From Malacoraja senta (Eukaryota), in NCBI GenBank assembly GCA_038087875.1, contig JAXLNO010000571.1, forward strand, positions 188,001 to 252,000: a stretch of DNA of 64,000 nt. Reading direction: 5' to 3'. Made by a program: the position numbers and the translations under genes. Position 1 is the stretch's first letter. Every line of letters starts with the position of its first letter. A model generated the notes under the pieces. That model was not told the DNA's origin, searched no databases, and saw only the letters and a list, made by a program, of their open reading frames with translations. This document shows positions 14,486 through 26,764 of the stretch, in pieces.

Positions 14486-15301
14486 TGGCTAACTTTGCTT
14501 GGAGGCCTGAAGGCCCGGGTTTTGAAGTCTCCGATTTAGAAGATCCTGGGAGTGACAGTTTTGCTTTTGGCAGACTAACTTTAGGGCTGAAGCGAGCAGC
14601 CCACTCAAATTTGGAGGAACTACCAGTTTTGCTCTGCTCCTTTTCCCGACTGCTTCTGCGAGGGCTGGGACTGGAGGCTGAGCGAGAACCGACGAGCTTT
14701 ATTCTGATCTTTTCCTTGTTTTTAGCCTGGCTCCCTGAGGCACAGCAGCAGAGGAGGAAGATGATGTAGAGGCAGAGGAAGAAGAATCAGTGACAGTGCT
14801 GCACCCAGCTTTGGCTGAGCTTTGGCTGAGGTCGCTGATTTTGAAGCCAGCTTGGTTGGTTTAGCAGATCTCTCTTCAGCACTGATCGAGTCAGGCAGAG
14901 AATCACTTATAGATGCAGCAGGTTCAAGCTTTTTCCTTTTTTGAAAAGGGGAAGCACCAACAGACCCAGTCTGTTTTCTGCTCTGGGCCTTACTTGTTGA
15001 TGCTGCTGGAGCAGTTCTTATTTGATCCTGCACAGGTTTCCTTTTCTTTGGGGACTTAGTTTGCAGCTTGTGTTTTTGTGTTTCAGTAGGATTCTCAGTG
15101 GATTGAAGGGCTTTGGATCTTTTCGCAGAGCAGGTTGAGTTTGAACTGCTGTAATCAGGACTTGGACCACGCTTTACACCTCTTAGGCTGCTTTTCGAGT
15201 TGTCCCTTTTAGTTTGTCCCGTTTTGGGTCTATCAGACCTAATTTTATCTTCTTGCTGTGGCACAGATGCGACCGATGAAGAGCTACAGCTCCTGGAATT
15301 C
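14486..15301 (-). CDS. TRIP12: TRIP12 large N-terminal disordered-region exon (RSCSSSS...[20 protein letters not shown]...[11 protein letters not shown]...GLQAKLA); contains three frame-breaking insertions as given
   Basis: Acceptor TCTTCAG| (alternative 9 nt downstream), donor A|GTGAGT at 14485. TRIP12 similarity continues across the frame shifts at 14809-14830, 14719-14723 and 14688-14690. Confidence 0.93.
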
Positions 15302-15942
15302 CTGAAGATACAAAAGTACATTTACCAAAGAGAACATATTGTGCATATTAGTAACTTCAAAAACTTTAAAAACACATGCCCATGACTAAACCAATTATGG
15401 ACAAAAATATTTCCAGAACAATTACTTTTAGTACGTTTACTTTTGATTTATAAATGTGAAAACCTTGATGTAAATGGAGCCAAGGACATTGTCCCAAATG
15501 GATTAGGATAAATATTGAGATTGTTCACTTAGGATTAGATCCAAGCCACCTGAACACATGGCATTTCAGTGCATGCAATCATATGCAGTTGCTAAGTTGT
15601 GAAACGTCTACATGAGACTACACATGGAAACAGTGAGAGAAACAAAAACAAAGAAAGTTCAATAAAATATTAATTTCTCCACAAACAAGGAGAAAATTCA
15701 AAATTTGCTCAATGTTGACATTATTGGTGAGAAATTGAAAGAATGTAAACATTGACTTCTGGTATTCAATGCAACGTTTACCTAGAAAAATACATTTCAA
15801 CATTTAAGAAAGAAAAACTGCCAAAAGACAATTTTACTCGTATCCTGCGAAAATTACACAGGCAGACAAGCCCAGAGTATAATTTCCGATTAAAAGATGC
15901 TTAAAAATTACATTAGGTTGCTGCAATTGCACAGAACCTCAC

Positions 15943-16764
15943 TGGCAGATGCAGTATAATATAGATAAATGTGAGGTTATCCACTTTGGTGGCAAAAACA
16001 AGGGGGCAGATTATTATCTCAATGGGGTTAGATTAGGTAAGGGGGAGATACAGCGAGACCTGGGTGTCCTTATACACCGGTCACTGAAAGTTGGCGTGCA
16101 GGGTCAGCAGGCAGTGAAGAAAGCTAATGGAATGTTGGCCTTCATAACAAGAGGATTTCAGATCAGGAGTAGAGAGGTTCTTCTACAGTTGTATAGGGTT
16201 CTGGTAAGCACAGCTGGAGTATTGCGTACAGTTTTGGTCTCCTAATTTGAGGAAGGACATCCTTGTGATTGAGGCAGTGCAGCGTAGGTTCACGAGATTG
16301 ATCCCTGGGATGGCGGGACTGTCATATGAGGAAAGATTGAAAAGACTAGGCTTGTATTCACTGGGGTTTAGAAGGATGAGGAGGGTCTTATAAAAACATA
16401 TAAAATTATAGAAGAACTGGACAAGCTAGATGCAGGAAAAATGTTCCCAATGTTGGGCGAGTCCAGAACCAGGGGTCACAGTCTTAGAATAAAGGGGAGG
16501 CCATTTAAGACTGAGGTGGAAAAAAAACTTTTTCACCCAGACAGTTTTGAATTTGTGGAATTCCGTGTCAGAGGGCAGTGGAGGCCAAATCACTGGATGG
16601 ATTTAAGAGAGAGTTAGATAGAGCTCTCGGGGCTAGTGGAACCAAGGGGCATGGGGAGAAGGCAGGCACGGGTTATTGATTGGGGACGATCAGCCATGAT
16701 CACAATGGCGGTGCTGGCTCGAAGGGCCAAATGGCCTCCTCCTGCACCTATTTTCTATGTTTCT
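15943..16764 (+). mobile_element. CR1-type LINE 3' portion (RT C-terminus and 3'UTR)
   Basis: WQMQYNIDKCEVIHFG...RDLGV...KKANGMLAFI; CCTATTTTCTATGTTTCT tail. Confidence 0.92.
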
Positions 16765-17145
16765 AACCTCTTTACAAGCATCTGCACGCTGTGATAATTA
16801 AAATCATATTTTCATCTTAGAAGACAAGTATAAGTTACACCACAAAATTAATGTTTAAGTAGCTCATGATAGTAGAATAATCATGAACGGACATGTTTTA
16901 TTCAAATCCCCTACTTCTAATTTGCTAGGGTTTAAGTTCCTCTTGGAGGTATCCATTGCCCTAAAGAGAGTAAGATTCCCTATTAACAAGGTTCCAATGA
17001 GGAGGAAATTAAGGAGGTCATAATTTTCAGAATGCAAAGTTTCATAAATTTATTTTTTGCAAAATTGATGTTTAGAGCAGTTTGTTTAATTTCCAGCTAA
17101 CATCGAGTAATGAACATTTATGCTGTTAAATAAAATATACAATAC

Positions 17146-17253
17146 CTTCGCGACACACGCCCTCTGGATTGACCAGAGGTAGTGTCTGACTGCAATTTTG
17201 TTGCTTTAGCAGTTGTCGTCCTTGGAATCTGGTTTCTCTCCTCTGACTGTGAT
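17146..17253 (-). CDS. TRIP12: TRIP12 108-nt symmetric (phase 2-2) exon, probably a cassette exon (SQSEERNQIPRTTTAKATKLQSDTTSGQSRGRVSR)
   Basis: Bounded by CAATAG| and |GTATT, open in frame. KATKLQSDTTSGQSRGRVSRR resembles KAPKVQSNTTSELSRGHLSKR of the long mammalian isoform as recalled. Confidence 0.85.
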
Positions 17254-17489
17254 CTATTGCAAGGAGCCAAACAACGTTACATCAGTTCCTTAGTTAGGTA
17301 TTGCTAGTACATGACATATTGCCTCATCCAAGAGGAATGTCAAGGTTAGATCTTTATCAAATGCAGTTAGAAATTTTGTATTTGGATTACAATTGTTAAG
17401 TACCAATAATATATTGTTTTAGATATCTATGAAATTATGTACTTAAAAGCTTTCGCTCATTAACTATTGAGAGCAGTGCTTACTTTTAG

Positions 17490-19290
17490 AGAATGAGTGT
17501 TCCCTAACCAGAAGCCTTGTATCAACAAGGAGGTCCACAATCGACAGAGGACCAAATCTCCAGCATTCAAGTCATTTGATCCAAAGTCATACAAGTTGCC
17601 ATCACTTACCATGGGGTGAGACCTAGCAGCTCAAGTGACAGTAATGCATCACCCTTGGATGAGCTCAATGCTTTCTATGCTTGCTTTGAAATGGAGAACA
17701 ACGATGTACCTTTATGGGTCCCCGGCAGTCTCCAGGGCCCATTTCACACTGGCAAACCTGGGAAAGTGCCTGACCTCGATGGCATATCTGGCCGTGTTCT
17801 CAAATCGTGTGCAGACCGACCTCCCGGAGCTGTGGCAGACATCTTCAGCTCAAGAAGAGCAAGGTGAGGTGTCTGAATGACAACCAACTTGTGCACTCGC
17901 GTCCAGTGATGAAGTGCTTCAAGAGGCCGATTGTGAAGCAAATTAATTCCTACTTCATTAATGACCTGAAGCAACTTCAATTCACCTACGGCTACATCGG
18001 ATCGACAGTAAACATAGAAAATAGGTGCAGGAGTAGGCCATTCGGCCCTTCGAACCTGCACCGCCATTCAATATGATCATGGCTGATCATCCAACTCAGT
18101 ATCCTGTACCTGCCTTCTCTCCATACCCCCTGATCTCTTTAGCCACAAGGGCCACATCTAACTCCCTCTTAAATATAGCCAATGAACTGGCCTCAACTAC
18201 CTTCTGTGGCAGAGAATTCCACAGATTCACCACTGTGTGAAAAATGTTATTCTCATCTCGGTCCTAAAAGACTTCACCCTTATCATTAAATTGTGACCCC
18301 TTGTTCTGAACTTCCCCAACATCGGGAACAATCTTCCTGCATCTAGCCTGTCCAACCCCTTAAGAATTTTGTAAGTTTCTATAAGATCCCCCCGCAATCT
18401 TCTAAATTCTAGCTAGTACAAGTCGAGTCTATCCAGTCTTTCTTCATATGAAAGTCCTGCCATCCCAGGAATCAGTCTGGTAGATGCGGTCTCGCTAATT
18501 CTCCCCTCTGCGCTAGCCAACTTGGATAACAGGAAAACGTACGTCAGTCTATTGTTCATCAACTACCTCCCAGCGTTCTACACCATCATCCCTTCACAAC
18601 TTATCATCAACTTACGGAATTAGGTCTCTGCTTATCCCACTGCAACTGGATCTTCGACTTTTTCGTCTGTAGACCTAAGTCAGTATGGATTGGCAACAAC
18701 ACTAACTTCTCACTGACCACTTCAGGTCAGCGTACTCAATCCCCTGCTCTACTCTTGCTATACCCATGACTGTGTACCAAATGCAGCACAAATACCATTG
18801 TTGGATAAAAAATCAGTAACAAGTCAGAGTACAAAATGGAGATCAATAATTTGGTTGGTGGTGGCAAACCAATGATATGCCCTGGGTCTAGCACACAGAT
18901 GCAATCACAAAGAAAGCTTACCAATTGTGTTTATTTTCTCAGATGTTGGAGATTTAGCAACTCTATCGAACATCTATCGGTGTATGGAACAGAGCATACT
19001 GACTGGTTGCAGGAAGGCCTGGTTCAGTAATTCAAATGCGCAGGCAAGAAGGAGGCTGCAGAAAGTAGTGGGCATTGTTACCCAGTTCTCATTGCCCACT
19101 CCAAAGGAAGCACTTCAAGGGTGCAGCTAGTATCATTAAAGACCCACACGGCACTGGTGATACTCTTCCTCACTGCTATTATCAAGCAGGTGGTCCAGGA
19201 GCCAGAAAACCAGAAAACATACCTAGTTTCAAGAACAAACTCTTCCCATAAGAAAAAATGTTCTTGAACCATTCTGCACAACCCTAACCA
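17490..19290 (+). mobile_element. Degenerate Rex1/Babar-type LINE with a nested CR1 at 18010-18480
   Basis: Remnants LDELNAFYACFE, DGISGRVLKSCAD, VMKCFKR, RRLQKVV. Confidence 0.8.
18010..18480 (-). mobile_element. CR1-type LINE 3' fragment nested in the Rex1-like element
   Basis: Begins with the reverse complement of the CR1 tail (AAACATAGAAAATAGGTGCAGG); host RT sequence resumes afterwards. Confidence 0.9.
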
Positions 19291-19344
19291 CAACTCTACC
19301 TCAGCATCGAAGAATTATATTCACTACAATGGTTGGTCTATTCT

Positions 19345-20000
19345 TTATCTTTTAGTTTAGATTAGTTTATTGTCACGAGTACCGAGGCAGTGTACTAATC
19401 GCCTAAGTGGGACAGGCCCTTAAAGCTGTTGTTGCGTGCTAACCATTCAGCGGAAGGACTATACATGATCCCACAGTGTAGATACATGATAAAGGGAGTA
19501 ATGCTTAGTGCAAGATAAAGTCCAGCAAAGTCCGATTAAAGATAGTCCAAGGGTCTCCAATGAATTGGATAGTAAATCAGGAGCTCTCTCTAGTTGTTAA
19601 TAGGATGGTTCAGTTGCTATGGAAGAGACCTTCTACAGCTTGGAAGAAACTGTACCCGAATCTGGAGGTGTGCCTTCTCGCACTTCTGCACCTCTTGCCT
19701 GAATGGAGAGGGGAGAAGAGGGAGTGACTGGGGTGAGACTCATCCTTGATTAGGCAGGTGGCCTTGCCAAGGCAGCATGAAGTGTAAATTACGTCAATGC
19801 AAGGTAGGTTGGTTTGTGTGATGGTCTGGGCTGCGCCCTCGATTCTTGGCAATTTCTTGTGGTCTTCGATAGAGCAGCTCCCAAACCATGCTATGATGTT
19901 TCCCAATAAAATGCTTTCTGTAGCGCATCTGTGGAAGTTGTTGAATATGCCAAACTTCTTAAGCCTTCTAAGGACGTAGGTTTGTTTTCTTGGCCATTGC
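19345..20000 (-). mobile_element. Rex1/Babar-like LINE 3' fragment
   Basis: LRRLKKFG...ESILLGNIIAWFGSC...IKDESHPSHSLFSPLHSGKR. Confidence 0.8.
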
Positions 20001-20343
20001 CTCGATATGCTTCGCACCATGGGTTTGCACCATCATGTTCTGGTTTACATAGAATAACTGCATTTTATTGTGTATTTATTGTTCCCATTTATGTCCTTTG
20101 CATATAACAAATAAATACATGATCTTACCATTCACCATGTCATTAACAATGAAAGCCTGTTATGCTGACACTGCCAAACTGATATATAATGAGACAGGTC
20201 AGTGGAATCCTGCCCATTATATGAGAGTTAAAAAGGACCACATGTGCCAAGCTGATAGAATTTATCATCTCACCACAGGATTGTCAGAGTATTCACATGC
20301 AATACAGCAAATAAAGATGTTAAACTCCCCATATTTCACTTGC

Positions 20344-20441
20344 CTTCCTCCTGCTGCTTCGTCTTGTGGCTGGGCCCCGGCAGTGTTCCTCTGTGAACGT
20401 CGCAGTGACCCCCCTGTATTGTAATTAGGCCGGTTGGACAT
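20344..20441 (-). CDS. TRIP12: TRIP12 first coding exon ([33 protein letters not shown]); whole exon 20490-20344 including 49 nt of 5'UTR
   Basis: Translation closely matches the vertebrate TRIP12 N-terminus ([27 protein letters not shown]). Acceptor TTTCAG| at 20491; phase-2 donor AG|GCAAGT at 20343. Confidence 0.96.
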
Positions 20442-21433
20442 TGGCACCTCTCTCCTTAAGGGACATACCCTTTCTAGACACTATCATTCACTGAAACAGA
20501 GATTTTGAAATCAGAACAGAAATGTAAAATAATGTTGCCTCATTTACAAATAGCAATATAATTAATCAGTTTATGGCTTGACATTTTATACCAATCTGAA
20601 TTAATCTTTATACAAGTTGACCAGTGTGATTATGATTAATGAAAAATAATCAAAAGATACTTTTTTTTTTATTAAGCACCAACATGGGGTCATACACCAT
20701 ATTTTATGTCCTTAAACCAAATACGTGAATTTGCACTCTCCAAGAGCATTCTACTGAAAGAGCTAATAGCCGATAAAACTACAATAATGCGGCACTCACA
20801 GGATTTTGGTTGGGCCACACAGGCAGGTTAACCCGACCGACTATTCAGTTTTCCTCCTATAACCACAACCCACTTAATTTTCTGTGAACCACGTGAGTTA
20901 GACAATAGACAATGGGTGCAGGAGTAGGCCATTCGGCCCATTGAGCCATTCAATGTGATCATGGCTGACCATCCCCAATCAGTCTGTTCCTGCCTTTTCC
21001 CCATATCCCCATTAAAAGCAATGTGAGGAAAATAAACAATGAGCTCAAGCAAATGTGTAAAACAGGGCATCAGCAGGTTTAAAGGGAGCCCGGAGGAGTG
21101 TTGGAATGAGGGCTCTGAGGTTATAGGGAATCTGGTACGGGGCCACAATGTGGTTATAAGGTACATGTGAATATGACACCGTTTAGATGGAGCACGGGAA
21201 ACATATCTGGGATTTCTGAAAAACTCAACAGTACTTTATTGGAGTCAAATGTACAAGAAATTTCACTGATAACTGGAAGTGTAGTTCTGCATCTTAAATA
21301 TTATCAGTATCATACTGAAAGATGAATTCAGAAAATATTACTTATAACCACAGGAGCCATTTTGTACATCACCATGGCTTAACTCCAACATTCTTGCCTG
21401 GCAGAATCAAATGCTGCTGCAAAATCTAAATCA

Positions 21434-22888
21434 ATTTCAGTGCACCATAATGTTTGGGACACAGCAATGTCATGTAAGTGAAAGGAGTCATGTTTAGTAT
21501 TTTGGTGCTTATCCTTTGCATGCAATGACTGCTTGAAGTCTGCGAATCATGGACATCACGAGTTGCTGGGTGTCTTCTCTGGTGATGCCCAGCCAGGCCT
21601 GTATTGCAGCCATCTTTAGCTTATACTCGTTTTGGGGGCTAGTCCCCTTCAGTTTTCGCTTCAGCATATAAAAGACATGCTCAATTGGGTTCAGATCAGG
21701 TGATTGACTTGGCCACTCAAGAATTGACCATTTTTTAAGCTTTGAAAAATTATTTTGTTGCTTTAGCAGTATGTCTGGGATCATTGTCTTGCTGTGGAAT
21801 GAATCGCCAGCCAACGAGTTTTGAGGCATTTGTTTGAACTTAACAGATAGGATGTGTCTATACACTTCAGAAATCATTATGCTACTACCATCAGCAGTTG
21901 TATCATCAATGAAGATAAGTGAGCCAGTACCTTCAGCAGCGATACATGCCTAGGCCATAACACCCCCACCACCATGTTTCATAGATGAGGTATGCTTTGG
22001 ATCCTGGGCAGTTCCTTCTCTCCTCCATACTTTGCTCTTGCCATCACTCTAATACAAGTTAATCTTCGTCTCATCTGACCACAAGATCTTTTTCCAGAAC
22101 TGTGGTTGCTCTTTTAAGTATTTCTTGGCAAACTGTAACTTGGCCATCCTATTTTTGCGGCTAACCAGTGGTTTGCATCTTGCAGTGTAGCCTCTGTATT
22201 TCTGTTCATGAAGTCTTCTGCAGACAGTGGTCATTGACAAATCCACACCTGACCCCTGAATAGTGTTAATGATCTGTCAGACAGGGGTTTGGCAATTCTT
22301 CTTTATTACAGAGAGAATTCTTCTGTCATCATCTGTGGAGTCTTCCTTTGCCTGCCAGTCCCTTTGCGATTAGTAAGCTCACCAGTGCTCTCTTTCTTCT
22401 TGATGATGTTCCATACAGTTGTTTTTGGTAAGCCTACAGTTTGGCTGATGTCTCTAACAGTTTTATTCTTGTTTCTCAGTCTCATAATGGCTTCTTTGAC
22501 TTTCATTGGCACAACTTTGGTCCTCGTGTTGATAAACAGCAATAAAAGTTTCCAAAGGTGATGGAAGGACTGGAGGAAAGACTAGGTGCTGAGAGCTCTC
22601 TTATATCTGCATTAAGGAGGCAATTAAACACACCTGAGCAATTATAAACGGCTGTGAAGCCATATGTCCCAAACATTATGGTGCCCTGAAATGGGGGCAC
22701 TGTATAAACACAGCTGTAATTTCTACATGGTGAAAACAAAATGTGTAAAAATAAACTTTAATAAAATCTGACAAGGTGCATTTTTATCACATGTGATTTT
22801 TTAAATCTATTACAAATCTTAAATTGTGGAGTGCAGAGGCAAATAAATAAATGATGGGTCTTTATCCCAAACATTATGGCAGGCACTG
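21434..22888 (-). mobile_element. Tc1 transposon relic, same family as 8057-10265
   Basis: HTH region (ISQTVGLPKTTVWNIIKK), KILWSDETK and WPSQSPDLNPIEH spread over several frames; terminal repeat ends CACTG|TA at 22888. Confidence 0.93.
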
Positions 22889-25076
22889 TAATACACAAGG
22901 CTGTGAGGATATAACTATTTTGGCTGTCTAGGCCAGCAGGAATAGATACAGTGAATAACTGAAACTTTAATTTGAGTTCACTGTGTACAAACATACTGCA
23001 TGTAGCTGTGGCCCAAATTACAGATGAAAAGACACTTTATAAACATTTTTCAAGAAATCTAGAACAATAAGTGAAATGAGTTTCCCATTGCTGATTAATG
23101 ACTGGATTTAGTATAGATTCATTAAATTATGGTTAGTGTTCAGCAGACTAACTGATGAAATGAGATTTTAGCAAGTGTATGAGGAGTGATACGATAGGGG
23201 TAGAAAATTGACATTTCTGATTTATGGAGAAATAAGCTTACTCCAGAACAGTTACTCCAGAACATAACCTTTGCATAACACAGGGACTGCCTGCACATCT
23301 TCATGCAAATAAATCTGTCCCTTTATAAGTCAGTCATGCTGCTGAACAAGTTGAATGTGCTAAACCAAATCTTTAAACAGGCTAGATTTATTAGTTATGC
23401 TAGTTATTAGATTTGTAGTGTGGTTGTGTTGTCATTTTTTTTTTTTTTTAAGCTGCACATGCTGGAAATCTGAAGTAAACAGAGAATGCCAAAAATAAAA
23501 CCAGGTCAGTCATCAACTGTGGAAACAAAGTTAATATTTCAGATAGCTAATTTCTCAGCAGAATGAGTCAAAATTGGAAACATACATGTTTACACAGGTT
23601 TTCTCCTCCGCCGCAGATGTTGACCGACTTACTGAGTATTTCCAGTATTTTTCTACAATTCTCCACTAAGTTTATATTCTGTACCCATCAGTTCCAACAT
23701 TTTTTTTCCTTTCCTCTGTCCTAATTTATCTCTTATTTACACCTCCAGATGACAGTCTTCACCAGCCTCTATCACCCAGCAGCTTCCTAAAATTTCAGCT
23801 CATCTCTGAGTCTTCAAACAATCTCAGACAGTCTTCAAACAATCAGCTCATTTCAGCTCATTGTCTGTCTACAAACAATCCCATGATTCTCTCCAACCTA
23901 CCCCTCTGCAACTCAAAATGCAATTGATTTCCAACTGTTTCTAGTTCCAACAAAAGACAAAGGTCTGAAGAAAGGTCCAGACCTGAATTGTCTCCTATCC
24001 ATGTTCTCCAGAAATGCTGTCTGACCTGCTGAGTTATTCCAGCACTGTATTCTTACCAAAAAAAGATCTGACTTGATACACTATCCATTCCTCTCTCAGC
24101 AGATGCTCTTATTGCAAGAGTATTTCCAGCACTATTTTAGTTGTATTTTCAACTTTGCTAGACCAACTTAAAATGTAGCAAACTGCTATTCCATGTCAAG
24201 CACAGCATACCACATTGAAATGAGAAAGGAGCCAACAAAATCAAGTATAATTTTGCATTTCTTCATTGCCAGTGTACATTCTGTACACAAATACTGTTAT
24301 TGTTACAATACAGTAGAGCTAGTCAAATATAAAATACCGTGCGTAGTAAAAACCTGAATTTCCCAGATTCATTGCTGAACTGCAGTTCACCATAAATCAA
24401 TGTTCTTAATCTAAAGAAATACTTCTGATGACAAGAGCTGAAATGGAACAGATGAGATATTTACAACCAAATGATAATTTTGGTCTCATACGGATAGCCT
24501 TAACAAATTATATGAACCTCTACCCAGACAGTCAAATCTTGTTCAGGCCCACTTTGTTTACCCAAGAAAACTACCTTAATTGTTACTGTACTCAGGTCAT
24601 CAACAACAGTATCTTACACAAACATGCTCTATTAAACAGGACTTTCATTCAGCTGCCGGAATGGACATCAATTTAACTTAGGGATTAATGATTCAACCAA
24701 TAGTATTGACAGTATTTTAAAACAACCCGAATGCTCAATCCGCAAAATAAATGTTTCACATTTCAAACACATTTGCTGGACTATTATTTAAGATTGTGGC
24801 TTTAATTTTGTCCTGTACCTCAGTCAAAGAATGAGTACTAGAAATAGCCATGACACAGAACTGATGGCCATTCTTGCAATCAGAGGATAACGAGTTCAAG
24901 TTCTCTAGTTCTACATTAAATTTCTTGTTGAGATGCTATCAAATCATCCCCTACAAAGTACACCTCTTACTTGTTTGCATCTGCATTATCAATTCACAAC
25001 TTAAAGCATTGTCATGCACATTTTAGAACATACAGCTTATATCTGTATATTTTTCTTTGAAACATCCATGAAGAAT

Positions 25077-25370
25077 GGGATGGCATGGTGGTGCAGCAGC
25101 AGAGTTGCTGCCTTACCAGAGACCCGGGTTCGCACCCGACTATTGGCGCTATTTACAGAGTGTGTACGTTCTCCGTGTGGCCTTCGTCGGTTTTCTCCGG
25201 GAGCTCACATTCCCTCACATATTCAAAAAACGTACAGGCTTGTCGGCTAATTGGCTTGGTAAAATTGTCCCGTGTGTACAGGATAGTGTTAGTGTGTGGG
25301 GATCGCAGGTCATCATGGATTCAGTGGGCCCAAGGACCCGTTTCCACACTATCTCTAAACCAAACTAAAG
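25077..25370 (+). mobile_element. tRNA-headed V-SINE (HE1-like)
   Basis: A/B-box-like head (GGTGGTGCAGC...GGGTTCG), V-core GTACGTTCTCCGTG, CR1-like 3' end with CTAAAC tail. Confidence 0.75.
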
Positions 25371-26764
25371 AAAACAATTGGTCACGACTTGAATAATCTT
25401 TTCAAGTAAACCAAGATAAATTCAAGAAGTCACAAGAGCAATTAAAAAAAAAAAAAAAAATTTAAGACAGATGTTTGCTCCTTCTGGTTATGGAGCAAAA
25501 TGACCTGTAGTTAATTGGCAACATTTTTGCTAGAGCTGTGTTACTATTCAAATAACATTACAGGTGGTTAAAGGCAGGATGGTTCATTCTATTTTGGTCT
25601 AAGAGGATCCTCCCCTCCAAGCATAACACTATTGGCAGCAACATAAACATTCTCAGCTGCGGCTCAGATTGCAGCCCTCTTAACCAAGTCACATAGTCGT
25701 GGATTCAAATACCACTGCAATGATTTGAGTACAATAAATCTACACTGACACTCGTGTGATATACCATGTGCCATGCCTGCGGAAGCCTTGTGGCAACAAC
25801 TTTCCGGTTGTTCCAACATTGCCACACATGGCCTTTTCTGTCAAACTTTGACAAATACCAACAAGCATCAAATTTAATGCACTTCATGTCTGAAGAATGG
25901 TTAGATGGGATATACCCTTAATCCAGTATGATCATTATTTCTCAGAAAAGAATTATGATTAGCTTGGGAACCAGAAGATATCCCTGGCATCGCCCACTGC
26001 TGTACAAGACAAGATCATGATTGAATGCTTGATCCTTGTGCCTGCTCATCCTTTAGCATTCAAGATGAAGTTGCACAAAGCATAGCCAGAGTTGCAATGT
26101 TTAAGGCTATAAGCCTGATGTGTGCTCCCATCCAGTAGTTAGGGAGTCTGGTGCAAAGGACATGCTGCCCTCATCAACCATAAATGCCACAACCAGCATT
26201 TTCATAAACATTAATTTAATTTAAAAAACCTCAAAGTAATACGACCAGAATGAAACCAGTATATGATCATTAATCCCATTTCTCAGTATCCAATTTATCA
26301 TCTGAATTTTTTTAATTTTTTTTTAATATGACAAATCACCTTGCTAATCACATGTATCCAATAACAAAAAATAATAGCCAGATGCCTATGGCACATTTCT
26401 ATAATAAGCCTGAACACACCTGTATTTCCACTACCTCTGTATCGTCACCCAGTTTCTTGCCCTTGCTCCACCCACTCATCACCCTTACCTACCGCAGGTT
26501 CATCATTAGCTCATTCTGCCCATCATCCCTCCGTTTCTACACTGAACTTAACACGCTCCTTTCTTCTCAGATTCCACCTTTTATCTACTCAACATATCAT
26601 CTCATGTCCACTCTTCTTTCCCCCATTTGACTCATGGACCAATCAATCCCCTCACCTATATTCACCTATCACTTTCCTGGTTCCTTCCCCTCATCTCTCT
26701 ACCAGCCATTTTTCCTCCACTCCTGTCTTGAAAAGGGTAATCTGTCCACTTGTTTCCACAGATG

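Noticed and set aside
14722..14808. Leu/Pro-rich C-terminus of the 199-aa ORF ([22 protein letters not shown]...) as a novel hydrophobic tail
   Set aside because: It is the out-of-frame reading produced by the 11-nt duplication; the TRIP12-homologous peptide is in another frame.
25077..25145. tRNA gene
   Set aside because: It is a degenerate tRNA-like head continuous with a V-SINE body; no full cloverleaf.
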